A stretch of 64,000 nucleotides of DNA from Allosphingosinicella sp. (GTDB lineage: Bacteria > Pseudomonadota > Alphaproteobacteria > Sphingomonadales > Sphingomonadaceae): positions 5,222 to 69,221 of the forward strand of contig DASQNR010000014.1 of assembly GCA_035644835.1 (NCBI GenBank), given 5' to 3'. A model generated the notes under the pieces. The model made no database searches, was not told the origin of the DNA, and worked only from the letters and a program-made list of their open reading frames with translations. The position numbers and the translations under genes were made by a program. Below are positions 1 to 8,694 of this stretch, one piece after another. Each line of letters opens with the position of its first letter. Positions within the stretch are counted from its first letter, which is position 1.

Positions 1-260
1 GGCGAGAGGAGGTCGAAGTCGAAATTCTGCTCCACCACCGACACATCGCGGGCGGAAAGGGTCACGGTCTCCGGGCTGATCTGGCCCGAGACATTGGGGA
101 ATTCCTGACGGGAGCGGCCGGCGGGCACATCGATCTGGCGGGTGTCCTGCACCAGCGCGAGGTTCTGGTTATAGACGGTGACGGCGACATTGCCTTGCCC
201 CTGCTGGGCCGAAACCGGGGCGGCAAGGCAGCAGGCTGACAACAGAAGGACGCGGCGCAT
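1..260 (-). CDS. Exported protein, probably DUF4139 family (N-terminal part; runs off the window)
   Basis: Hand translation from ATG at 260: MRRVLLLSACCLAAPVSAQQGQGNVAVTVYNQNLALVQDTRQIDVPAGRSRQEFPNVSGQISPETV...VVEQNFDFDLL. Signal peptide plus the VTVYN..LALVQD.R start I recall for DUF4139/4140 proteins. Confidence 0.7.
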   Translation of the reverse strand, partial: MRRVLLLSACCLAAPVSAQQGQGNVAVTVYNQNLALVQDTRQIDVPAGRSRQEFPNVSGQISPETVTLSARDVSVVEQNFDFDLLS

Positions 261-382
261 CAAACTCTCTCCCCGAGGTGACGGCGCAACGTGATACAAC
301 GTAACTTCGCGTGTCAATCAGGCAAGGAAAAGGCGGCGCTCCGTGATAGAACGCCGCCTTTATCTTTCACCACCCGGGCGGG

Positions 383-1222
383 TCAGGCCGCGGGTGCGAT
401 GTCCGTATCGTCCTCGGCGCGGGGGCGGCGGGTGCGGCGGCGGACCGGCTTGGCGGGCGTGTCGCTGTCGACGATTGAGATCGCCGGCGGAAGCACATCC
501 AGCGAGATCGTGCTCGCGATCGGCTCTTCGGCGCGGACCTGCTCGTCGGCGCGCTCGGGACGGCGCTCCTCGCGGCGCGGGCGCGGGCGCTCGAAGCGTG
601 GCTGCTCCCCGTTGCGGTCCTCGCGTGGCTCGCGGCGGGGCCGCTCGGGCCGCTCCTCGTCGGTGCGCTCAACCCGCTCCGGGCGGTCGGCACGCTCCGG
701 ACGGTCGCTGCGCTCGGCACGCTCCGGACGCTCGTTGCGCTCGGCTCGTTCCGGACGGTCGCTGCGCTCGGGACGCTCGGCGCGTACCGGGCGGTCGTTG
801 CGCGGAGCACGACTGACGCGCTCCCGGCCACGATCGCGGCCTTCGTCGCGCTCCTCGCGATCGTCATTGCCGTCCTGGTCGTCGCCGTCATCGGCTTCGT
901 TGGAGATGTTGTTGTCGTCGCCCTCCTCATCCTCGTCGCCGAAATAATCGTCGCGGCGGGGACGCTGCTCCTCGAAGCGGGGGCGGTTTTCGTTGAGGAC
1001 GCGGAAATAGTGATCCGCGAACTGGTGATAATATTCGGTCTGGACGCGGTCGCCCTGCATCTGCGCGTCGCGGGCGAGAGCCTTGTATTTTTCGAGCAAT
1101 TGCGCGGCATTGCCGCGGTTGCGGTTGTCCTGCCGGTTGTTGCCCTGGGGGGTTTGGTTCGGCGAGCGGGGTCCGCCACCACCGCGGCCGCGGCGTCGGC
1201 CGTTCTGACGATTGTTGATCAA
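383..1222 (-). CDS. DUF4167 domain protein with long charged disordered tail
   Basis: TTG start. Core RGNAAQLLEKYKALARDAQMQGDRVQTEYYHQFADHYFRVL matches the DUF4167 pattern; located downstream of prmC. Confidence 0.85.
   Translation of the reverse strand: MINNRQNGRRRGRGGGGPRSPNQTPQGNNRQDNRNRGNAAQLLEKYKALARDAQMQGDRVQTEYYHQFADHYFRVLNENRPRFEEQRPRRDDYFGDEDEEGDDNNISNEADDGDDQDGNDDREERDEGRDRGRERVSRAPRNDRPVRAERPERSDRPERAERNERPERAERSDRPERADRPERVERTDEERPERPRREPREDRNGEQPRFERPRPRREERRPERADEQVRAEEPIASTISLDVLPPAISIVDSDTPAKPVRRRTRRPRAEDDTDIAPAA
684..791. repeat. Four imperfect 27-nt tandem coding repeats (RPERAERSD-type) in the DUF4167 gene
   Basis: Units at 684, 711, 738 and 765, e.g. cgctcggcacgctccggacgctcgttg. 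Confidence 0.85.
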
Positions 1223-1488
1223 AAGTGGGTCCTCGTCCTCGTGGTCCTAATCAGCCACTGTCGACGGCCAGGCCCCTCCCGGCCGCGTAACTTGCACGAC
1301 CCCTTAAGGCAGGCGTCCGCAAGCGGCTCCTGCCACCTCACGCTGTGAGCCGTCCGGAGACGTTCAAGCAATCGGGGGTCGGCGACGGTAAGCCTCACGC
1401 TTGTCTTTAGCTGTGAAAGGCCCCGTCCCTCAGGTCCCTATGTAGACGCAGGTAAAGGGAAATCCAAGCGGAAAAGATATCACCTGCA

Positions 1489-2349
1489 TCAAGGCGTCAG
1501 CGCCAGGCAGCGCGCGTGGCCGGCAAGGTCGTTGTGCAGGGCCGTGCGCAGGCCTTCGACAGCGAAGAGCGGCGCCACGCCCGCGGCCTGCCGGGCGCCA
1601 AGCTCGATGCAGGCAATCCCGCCCGCGCCCAGCAGCCGCCTCACCTGAGGCGCAAGCCGCCGATAATCGTCGAGCCCGTCCGGTCCCGCGAACAGCGCCT
1701 CGTGCGGCTCCCACTCCGCGACATCGCGCGGCAGCGTCGCACCGGCTTCGACATAAGGCGGGTTGCACAAGATGAGGTCGAAAGGGCCGGCGACGCCCTC
1801 CGCCCAGTCGCCCAGTCGGAATTCGGCGCGGGTTGCGAGGCCCAGCCGCTCCGCATTGCGGGTGGCATAGTCGAGCGCGGCCGCCGAAGCGTCGACGCCA
1901 AGCCCCCGTGCGTCCGGCCACTGCGCAAGCGCCGCGAGCAGCAGGGTTCCCGGCCCTGTGCCGAGATCGAGGATGCGGCCCGGCGCCTTCCCCGCGAAAT
2001 GCGCCACAGCCGCTTCAAGCAGCGTCTCGCTGTCCGGGCGGGGAATGAGGACGCCCGGCCCCACCTCCAGCTCGATCGTCCAAAAGGCGCGGCGGCCGGT
2101 GATATACGCAACCGGCTCCCCCGCCTCGCGACGCGCCAGGAGAGTCCCAAACCCCTGAGGCGCCGGATCGCCAAGGTGCCGCAGCAGCATATCGCCCCGC
2201 TCCACCCCCAGCGCATGCGCCATCAGCAGTTCGGCGTCGAGCCGCGCAGTATCACTATGCGGCGAAAGGCGCCTTGTACCGTCGGCAAGAGCCTCGCCGA
2301 CGGTAAGCCCCTCCCCTTCAGGGGAGGGGTTTGGGGTGGGGCTTGTCAT
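1489..2349 (-). CDS. prmC: Release factor glutamine methyltransferase
   Basis: LDLGTGPG motif I, NPPY motif, LIPRPDSETL; follows prfA. Start placed at ATG 2349. Confidence 0.95.
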   Translation of the reverse strand: MTSPTPNPSPEGEGLTVGEALADGTRRLSPHSDTARLDAELLMAHALGVERGDMLLRHLGDPAPQGFGTLLARREAGEPVAYITGRRAFWTIELEVGPGVLIPRPDSETLLEAAVAHFAGKAPGRILDLGTGPGTLLLAALAQWPDARGLGVDASAAALDYATRNAERLGLATRAEFRLGDWAEGVAGPFDLILCNPPYVEAGATLPRDVAEWEPHEALFAGPDGLDDYRRLAPQVRRLLGAGGIACIELGARQAAGVAPLFAVEGLRTALHNDLAGHARCLALTP

Positions 2350-2421
2350 CCCCGGAACCCACGACGTCCTGCAAAACGCACATCCCCCACCCCACACCCC
2401 TCCCCTAAAGGGGAGGGGCTT
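2305..2421. repeat. Inverted pair of REP-like palindromes, family A (aagcccctccccttcaggggagggg..ttggggtgggg)
   Basis: Copy 2305-2344 on + and near-identical copy 2384-2421 on -. Each has a cccctcccc/ggggagggg hairpin. Confidence 0.9.
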
Positions 2422-2430
2422 ATTCCCGCC

Positions 2431-3507
2431 TTATACTTCATCCAGGCTCGCCAGCTTCTGCGCCTGGTCCTCCGAAACCAGCGCCGACACCAGTTCCTCC
2501 AGCCCCGGGCCTTCCAGGATCTCCGGCAGCCGGTGGAGGGTCAAGTTGATCCGGTGATCGGTCACCCGCCCCTGCGGAAAATTATAGGTGCGGATCCGCT
2601 CGGAGCGGTCGCCGGACCCAACCATCGACTTGCGCGCGCCCGCCCGCTCCGAAGCGAGGCGCTCGCGCTCCTGCTCGTAGAGCCGGGTGCGCAGCACTTT
2701 CAGCGCCTTGGCCTTGTTCTTGTGCTGCGATTTCTCGTCCTGCTGGATCACCACCAGCCCCGACGGCAGATGGGTGATCCGCACCGCGCTGTCGGTGGTG
2801 TTGACCGACTGGCCGCCCGGCCCCGACGAGCGATAGACATCGATGCGCAGGTCGCGGGCTTCGTCGATCTGCACGTCGACATCCTCCGCCTCGGGCAGCA
2901 CCGCCACCGTCGCCGCCGAAGTATGAATGCGCCCGCCGCTTTCCGTCGCCGGCACGCGCTGCACGCGGTGGACGCCGCTTTCGAACTTCATCCGCGCGAA
3001 CACGCCCTGGCCGGTGACGGAGGCGACCACTTCCTTGTATCCGCCGACCTCCGACGCGCTCGCCGAGATCAGCTCCACCCGCCAGCCCTGCGTGTCGGCG
3101 TAGCGCTGGTACATGCGCAGGAGGTCACCGGCGAACAGAGCCGCCTCGTCGCCGCCGGTGCCGGCGCGGATTTCGAGCATCGCCGGCCGGTCGTCGGCGG
3201 CGTCGCGCGGCAGCAGCTTGAGCGCCAGCGCCCGCTCGGCCTCGGGAAGCTGCGCCTCGGTCGCGCGAATCTCGTCCTCCGCCATTGCGCGCATCTCGGG
3301 ATCGTCGCGCATCTCGCCAAGCGAGGCGAGCTCGTCCCGCAGCCGCCGCACCTCCGCCGCAGCGGCCGCCACCGGCTCGATCTCGGCATATTCCTTGGAC
3401 AGCTTCACGAAGGCATCGGCGGCGAGGTCGCCAGCCGACATCGCCGCCTGCAACTCATCGCGCCGCGCCAGTATCTGCGCGATCCGGTCGGCGGAAATGG
3501 ACGTCAC
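2431..3507 (-). CDS. prfA: Peptide chain release factor 1
   Basis: GGQ motif ([15 protein letters not shown]), RF1 PxT motif (RVPATE), [10 protein letters not shown]; GTG start. Confidence 0.97.
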   Translation of the reverse strand: MTSISADRIAQILARRDELQAAMSAGDLAADAFVKLSKEYAEIEPVAAAAAEVRRLRDELASLGEMRDDPEMRAMAEDEIRATEAQLPEAERALALKLLPRDAADDRPAMLEIRAGTGGDEAALFAGDLLRMYQRYADTQGWRVELISASASEVGGYKEVVASVTGQGVFARMKFESGVHRVQRVPATESGGRIHTSAATVAVLPEAEDVDVQIDEARDLRIDVYRSSGPGGQSVNTTDSAVRITHLPSGLVVIQQDEKSQHKNKAKALKVLRTRLYEQERERLASERAGARKSMVGSGDRSERIRTYNFPQGRVTDHRINLTLHRLPEILEGPGLEELVSALVSEDQAQKLASLDEV

Positions 3508-3512
3508 AGTCT

Positions 3513-3671
3513 AAGCCCCTCCCCTTCAGGGGAGGGGTTGGGGTGGGGGCTGTACGTTCCCGGCGAAGCGGAGTGGGTCACCTAGACAACCCCCACCCCC
3601 AAATCCATCGGGCGGGGCTTAGGACCGTCCGGGGGACGGTCCACCGCCCGATCCTGAAGGGGAGGGGCTTT
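3513..3671. repeat. Second inverted pair of family A palindromes; the - copy is interrupted by a 46-nt nested hairpin
   Basis: Intact copy 3513-3550. Interrupted copy 3590-3671 with insert 3607-3652 (atcgggcgg...ccgcccgat). Confidence 0.85.
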
Positions 3672-4904
3672 CAAAGCGGCAGCCAGTTCCGCGAGCGCCA
3701 CATTCCGCTGCTCGCCGCTCTGCAAATCCTTCAACGCCGCCTCTCCGCGGGCAAGCTCATCATCGCCAAGAATGATAGCGTAGCGCGCGCCGAGAGCATT
3801 GGCGCGCTGCATCCGCTTCTTCATGTTGCCGCGATAGGCCATGTCGCAGGTGATCCCCGCGCGGCGAAGATCCGCCAGGATAGCCGTGGCAGCCGCCTCG
3901 GCCGTCTCTCCCATCGGCACCAGCGCCGCATCCATCCGCGCCGCCACGGGCGCCTCGATCATCATCGCCAGCCGCTCGATGCCCGCGGCCCAGCCGATCG
4001 CAGGGGTGTGCGGGCCGCCAAGAGCCTCCATCAGCCCGTCATAGCGCCCGCCGGCCAGCACCGTGCCTTGCGCTCCCAGGCGGTCGGTGACGAACTCGAA
4101 CGCCGTGTGGCGATAATAATCGAGCCCGCGGACCAGCCGGGCGTTGCGTGTCCAGGCGACCCCCGCGGCATCCAGACCTGCGGTGACCTGCTCAAAGAAG
4201 CCGCGCGCTTCACCCGTCAGGAATTCGTCAATGTCGGGCGCGCTGTCGGCGGCGGGGCGGTCGCGCGGGTCCTTGCTGTCGAGGATGCGCAGCGGGTTCT
4301 TGTCCAGCCGGGCGAGGCTGTCGTCGGACAGATCGGCGCGCTGCGCTTCGAAATGGGCGACCAGGGCGGCGCGCCAGGCGTCCCGCGTTTCCGCGTCGCC
4401 GAGCGTATTGAGCTGCAGCGTTACGCCGTCCGCAATGCCGAGTTCCTTCAGAAGCTGGTCCGCCATCACGAGCAGCTCGACATCGGCGAGCGGGCTGTCG
4501 GAGCCCAGTATCTCCGCGTCCAGCTGGTGGAACTGCCGGTAGCGCCCCTTTTGCGGCCGCTCGTAGCGGAACACCGGGCCGTGGGTCGCGACCTTCATCG
4601 GCGCGTGCTGCTGCCAGCCTTCCGAAAGCCAGGCGCGGCAGATGCCGGCGGTGAATTCGGGGCGCAGCGTCAGGCTCTCGCCGCCGCGGTCCTCCAGGCT
4701 GTACATCTCCTTCGAGACGATGTCGGTGGTCTCGCCGATCGAGCGTGCGAAGACCTGCGTGGCCTCGAACACCGGCAGCTCGATCCGCCCGAAGCCGTAG
4801 AGCCGCCGCACGCGGTCGAACGCCGCCACCACCGCCCCGAAGCGGTCGGCCTCCTCGCCCCAGATGTCCTGGGTTCCCCTGATCCTTTGCGGCCCCTTGC
4901 TCAT
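3582..4904 (-). CDS. hisS: Histidyl-tRNA synthetase with a repeat-derived C-terminal tail
   Basis: [42 protein letters not shown] motifs; start ATG 4904. Confidence 0.97.
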   Translation of the reverse strand: MSKGPQRIRGTQDIWGEEADRFGAVVAAFDRVRRLYGFGRIELPVFEATQVFARSIGETTDIVSKEMYSLEDRGGESLTLRPEFTAGICRAWLSEGWQQHAPMKVATHGPVFRYERPQKGRYRQFHQLDAEILGSDSPLADVELLVMADQLLKELGIADGVTLQLNTLGDAETRDAWRAALVAHFEAQRADLSDDSLARLDKNPLRILDSKDPRDRPAADSAPDIDEFLTGEARGFFEQVTAGLDAAGVAWTRNARLVRGLDYYRHTAFEFVTDRLGAQGTVLAGGRYDGLMEALGGPHTPAIGWAAGIERLAMMIEAPVAARMDAALVPMGETAEAAATAILADLRRAGITCDMAYRGNMKKRMQRANALGARYAIILGDDELARGEAALKDLQSGEQRNVALAELAAALKAPPLQDRAVDRPPDGPKPRPMDLGVGVV

Positions 4905-4983
4905 GGCGGCGGGCCTTAGCATCTTTGCGCGGCGGGGGAAGCGGGGTGACGCGGCGCCTTTGAACCGCTAAGGGCCGCCCCCC

Positions 4984-5526
4984 ATGAACATAGACCTCAT
5001 CCCGATCGGCGACGATCCGCCCAATTCCATCAACGTCATCATCGAAGTTCCGATCGGCGGCGAGCCGGTGAAGTATGAGTTCGACAAGGTGTCGGGCGCG
5101 ATCTTCGTCGACCGCATCCTCCACACGCCGATGCGCTACCCGACCAATTACGGCTTCATTCCGCACACCTTGTCCCCCGACGGCGACCCGCTCGATGTGA
5201 TGGTGATGGCGCGCGTGCCCTTCATTCCGGGCTCGGTGGTGCGCTCCCGCCCCATCGCGGTGCTGCGGCTGGAGGACGAATCGGGAGGGGACGAGAAGAT
5301 CCTCGCCGTGCCGATCAAGAGCACCTCGCCCTACTACGCCAATGTCGAGGAAGGCGAGGATCTGCCGATCATCATCCGCCAGCAGATCGAGCATTTCTTC
5401 ACCCACTATAAGGATCTCGAGCCCGAAAAGTGGGTGCGGGTCGGCACCTGGGGCGACCGCGAGGAAGCGGTAAAGGTGATCGAGGAAGCGATCGCACTGG
5501 CCAGGCAGGCGAAGGCGACGGCCTGA
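4984..5526 (+). CDS. ppa: Inorganic pyrophosphatase (family I)
   Basis: VKYE, YPTNYGFIPHTLSPDGDPLDV, DEKI motifs. Confidence 0.96.
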   Translation: MNIDLIPIGDDPPNSINVIIEVPIGGEPVKYEFDKVSGAIFVDRILHTPMRYPTNYGFIPHTLSPDGDPLDVMVMARVPFIPGSVVRSRPIAVLRLEDESGGDEKILAVPIKSTSPYYANVEEGEDLPIIIRQQIEHFFTHYKDLEPEKWVRVGTWGDREEAVKVIEEAIALARQAKATA

Positions 5527-5531
5527 TCAGT

Positions 5532-5619
5532 TCGTCACCCCGGACTTGATCCGGGGTCCACCTTCTTCAATCCGTCTGACAAGAAAGAAGGTGGATGCCG
5601 GATCAAGTCCGGCATGACG
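5532..5619. repeat. REP-like dimer, family B (cgtcaccccggacttgatccggggtcca...tggatgccggatcaagtccggcatgacg)
   Basis: Long inverted arms, each internally palindromic, between ppa and the amidase. Confidence 0.9.
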
Positions 5620-5676
5620 GCCCTTTACCTCCGGCTCCCTCTCCGTCATTCGCGGGCGCAACCAGGAGAGAAGAAG

Positions 5677-7242
5677 ATGCGCCTTTCGAGCCTGTCAGCC
5701 GCCACCGCCGCTCTGGCCCTCACCGCCTGCGCGACCACGCAGCGGCAGGATGCGGCCGCGCCGCTGGCGCCCGCCTTCAGCTCGTCGGCGACAGCCGAGG
5801 CGAATACGGCGGCGGCGCTGCGGCGGATCGAGGCCCTGAACCCGCGCATCAACGCGGTGATCGCCACCGACCCCACCGCCATGGCCCAGGCCCGCGCCCT
5901 CGACGCAGCGCCCAGGCGCGGCCCGCTCCACGGCATGCCGATCCTGGTCAAGGACAATATCGAGACCAGGGGCCCGCTCCCCACCACCGCCGGCAGCCTG
6001 GCGCTCGCCAACAACGTGACCAACCGCGACGCGCCGCTGGTCGCCCGGCTGCGCGAGGCCGGCGCGGTGATCGTCGGCAAGGCCAACCTCTCCGAATGGG
6101 CCAATATCCGCGACGGCGACTCGATCTCCGGCTGGAGCGCGGTCGGCGGCCAGACCCGCAACCCCCACGCCTTGAACCGCAACGCGTGCGGCTCCTCGAC
6201 CGGCAGCGGCGCGGCGGTGGCGGCCGGCATGGTGCCCGCCGCGATCGGCACCGAGACCGACGGCTCCATCACCTGCCCGGCCTCCGTCAACGGCATCGTC
6301 GGCTTCAAGCCGACCGTCGGCCTGGTCAGCCGCACCCATGTCATCCCGATCAGCCACAGCCAGGACACGCCCGGGCCGATGACCCGCACCGTCCGCGACG
6401 CCGCCCTCGTCCTTGCCGGCATGACCGGGAGCGATCCGGCCGATCCGCAGACCGCCGAAGCCGACGCCCGCCGCACCGATTATGCCGCCGGCCTTTCCGC
6501 CGACTCGCTGCGCGGCAAGCGCATCGGCGTGATGCGCTTCGCCAGCGGCTTCGGCACCAACGAGCGGTTCGAGGAAGCGCTCGCCACCCTGCGCGGCGAA
6601 GGGGCGATCCTGGTCGAAATCGCCAAGTTCGATCGCAAGCCGGAGATGGGCCAGGGCGAGTTCAAGGTCTTGCTGACCGAGCTCAAGGCGGACTTGAACG
6701 CCTATCTCGCCACCACTCCGCCCACCGTCACCACCCGCACGCTCGGCGACGTCATCGCCTTCAACAAGGCCAATGCCGCCACGGAGCTCGCCCTGTTCGG
6801 CCAGAGCACCTTCGAGGAAGCGGAGAAGACCAAGGGCCTTTCCGACCCGGAATATAAAAAGGCGCGCGAGACCAGCCTGCGCCTTGCCGGCGCCGAAGGC
6901 ATCGACAAGATGCTCAAGGACAACAATGTCGTCGCCCTGGTCGGCCCCACCGTCGCCGCCGCCTGGCTGATCGATGCGGCGCACGGCGATGCCTATCCCG
7001 GCGGCGGCGCCGGCGGCTTTGCCGCGATCGCCGGTTACCCCCACCTCACCGTCCCGATGGGCGCGGTGAAGGGGCTGCCGGTGGGTCTCTCCTTTATCGG
7101 CCCGAGATGGTCCGACGCCCTCATCCTGTCCTTGGGCTACGATTACGAGCAGGCCTCGATGAAGCGTGTCGAGCCGCGCTTCCTCCCCTCGATCGAGGAA
7201 AGCCCGGAAATCGCCCCGCACCTGGCGCCGCGGGTGCGCTAG
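5677..7242 (+). CDS. Amidase-signature family enzyme, probable lipoprotein
   Basis: VKDNI (Lys), CGSSTGS and GTETDGSITCP (Ser-cisSer-Lys triad region). AGGAGA RBS before ATG 5677; LALTAC lipobox. Confidence 0.9.
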   Translation: MRLSSLSAATAALALTACATTQRQDAAAPLAPAFSSSATAEANTAAALRRIEALNPRINAVIATDPTAMAQARALDAAPRRGPLHGMPILVKDNIETRGPLPTTAGSLALANNVTNRDAPLVARLREAGAVIVGKANLSEWANIRDGDSISGWSAVGGQTRNPHALNRNACGSSTGSGAAVAAGMVPAAIGTETDGSITCPASVNGIVGFKPTVGLVSRTHVIPISHSQDTPGPMTRTVRDAALVLAGMTGSDPADPQTAEADARRTDYAAGLSADSLRGKRIGVMRFASGFGTNERFEEALATLRGEGAILVEIAKFDRKPEMGQGEFKVLLTELKADLNAYLATTPPTVTTRTLGDVIAFNKANAATELALFGQSTFEEAEKTKGLSDPEYKKARETSLRLAGAEGIDKMLKDNNVVALVGPTVAAAWLIDAAHGDAYPGGGAGGFAAIAGYPHLTVPMGAVKGLPVGLSFIGPRWSDALILSLGYDYEQASMKRVEPRFLPSIEESPEIAPHLAPRVR

Positions 7243-7250
7243 GCTTCCCT

Positions 7251-7398
7251 TCGTCATGCCGGACTTGATCCGGCATCCACCTGCCTTGATGTCGGTGAGA
7301 AAGAAGGTGGGCCCATTGAAGAGGTGAGGATGTCCCCCGGACATCCTCAGCCAAGCCGGGGGCTTGGCGGGCCTCTTCAATCAAGTCCGGGGTGACGG
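7251..7398. repeat. Family B dimer with a 67-nt branched hairpin inserted in its right arm; probable bidirectional terminator region
   Basis: Same arms as 5532-5619. Insert 7315-7381 is bounded by attgaagagg/cctcttcaat. Lies between convergent genes. Confidence 0.88.
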
Positions 7399-7429
7399 CT
7401 GGCGCTTGGGGCTGGCCCGGCGTCAGCAG

Positions 7430-7762
7430 TCACGCCGCGGCGGTCAGCCTCAGCCCGACGATGCAGCCGATCAGGGCCAGGATCAGCAGGATGCGCACCG
7501 AATTGACCGGCTCGCCGAACCACAGCATGCCGACGATCACCGTGCCGGCCGCGCCGATCCCGCCCCACACCGCATAGGCCGTGCCCATCGGAATGGTCCG
7601 CGCGGCAAGCTCCAGCAGGCCCATGGACAGCGTCACCGAGACCAGAAAGGCGATCGTCCAGGGTACATTGCGGAAGCCGTCGACATAGCGAAGGCAGGTG
7701 GTGAAGCCGACCTCGAACAGGCCGCCGACGCACAGCAAGGTCCAGGCCAGGGCTGGGCTCAT
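7430..7762 (-). CDS. SMR family transporter (SugE/Gdx-like)
   Basis: 110 aa, four hydrophobic segments, membrane Glu (GGLFEVGF), IPMGTAYAVWGGIG motif. Confidence 0.9.
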   Translation of the reverse strand: MSPALAWTLLCVGGLFEVGFTTCLRYVDGFRNVPWTIAFLVSVTLSMGLLELAARTIPMGTAYAVWGGIGAAGTVIVGMLWFGEPVNSVRILLILALIGCIVGLRLTAAA

Positions 7763-8661
7763 GATATCGCCTCCGCATTGGGGAGCGGCGCCTGGCGCGT
7801 ATGGGCGGCGAGCAGGCATCCCGCGACAATCAGCGCCGCACCCACCAGGGTGGACCAGCCCACCCCTTCCCCGAACACCAGAAAGCCGAGCAAAGCGCCC
7901 CACAGGAGGGCGGTATATTCCACCGGCGCCAGGCGATGCGCTTCGGCCCGCCGATAGGCCCAGGCGAGCAGCATCAGCGACACGAGTGCAAGCAAGGCGG
8001 CGAGCAGCAGCTCCGGCCAGGTTCCGAGCGGCGGCACCTCCGCCAGGAACGGCGCCGCCAAGGCGAGCGCGCCGACGACCACGACATATTGGTAGAAGGC
8101 GATTTCGAGTGGCTTGGCGACCAGCGCCTGCTGACGCATCAGCACGATATTATAGGCGTAGAGCATGGCGGAGGCGAGAATGGAGGCGGCGCCCCACAGG
8201 TCGCGCTCGCCCGATCCGCCGCCCTGGCCGCCCACGATCACCAACACGCCGACGAAGCCGAGTGCGGACGCGAAGACGGCGCGGCGGCCCACGGGCTCGC
8301 CCAGCAGCACCGCGGCGAGGTAGAGCGAGAGCAGGGGCGCGACAAAGGTCAGCGCCACCGCCTCGGCGATAGGCATGCGGGCGAGACCCCAGAAGAAGGT
8401 GATCGCCATTACCGAGCCGACCAGGCCGCGGATGATGTGGAAGCGCATCGCCGCCGGGCTCGGCTTCTCCCGCTTCATCGAAAGGTAGAGGACGCCGGCC
8501 AGCACCAGCCCCACCAGCATGCGCCAGAAGACGGCGTTGTAGGCGCCGATGGCGAGCGCGAGGCCTTTCATCACCGCATCCATCGCCGAGAACAGCGCAA
8601 TGCCGAGCACGCCGACCGCGAAGGGCACCAGGACCGGATCGGAGTGGGTGCGGGACGCCAT
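7759..8661 (-). CDS. DMT/EamA family transporter
   Basis: About 10 TM segments in two repeats (LGEPVG, FLVFGE); ATGA overlap with the SMR gene. Confidence 0.88.
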   Translation of the reverse strand: MASRTHSDPVLVPFAVGVLGIALFSAMDAVMKGLALAIGAYNAVFWRMLVGLVLAGVLYLSMKREKPSPAAMRFHIIRGLVGSVMAITFFWGLARMPIAEAVALTFVAPLLSLYLAAVLLGEPVGRRAVFASALGFVGVLVIVGGQGGGSGERDLWGAASILASAMLYAYNIVLMRQQALVAKPLEIAFYQYVVVVGALALAAPFLAEVPPLGTWPELLLAALLALVSLMLLAWAYRRAEAHRLAPVEYTALLWGALLGFLVFGEGVGWSTLVGAALIVAGCLLAAHTRQAPLPNAEAIS

Positions 8662-8694
8662 GGCGCGGCCGATAGCGCGCACTGGGCGACGCGC

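Noticed and set aside
684-791. 27-nt tandem repeats as a possible CRISPR array
   Set aside because: No spacers, in-frame coding repeats, and no cas genes.
1516-3585. Long antisense or off-frame ORFs (also 5695-7380, 11099-13042, 15871-17577, 43409-44293 extension, 51087-53111, 54621-56426)
   Set aside because: They shadow genes with clear family motifs, have Arg/Ala/Pro-rich low-information sequence, and are expected in high-GC DNA.
7763-7900. Guanidine riboswitch upstream of the SMR gene
   Set aside because: The region is EamA coding sequence; no paired ACGR-loop hairpins were seen.
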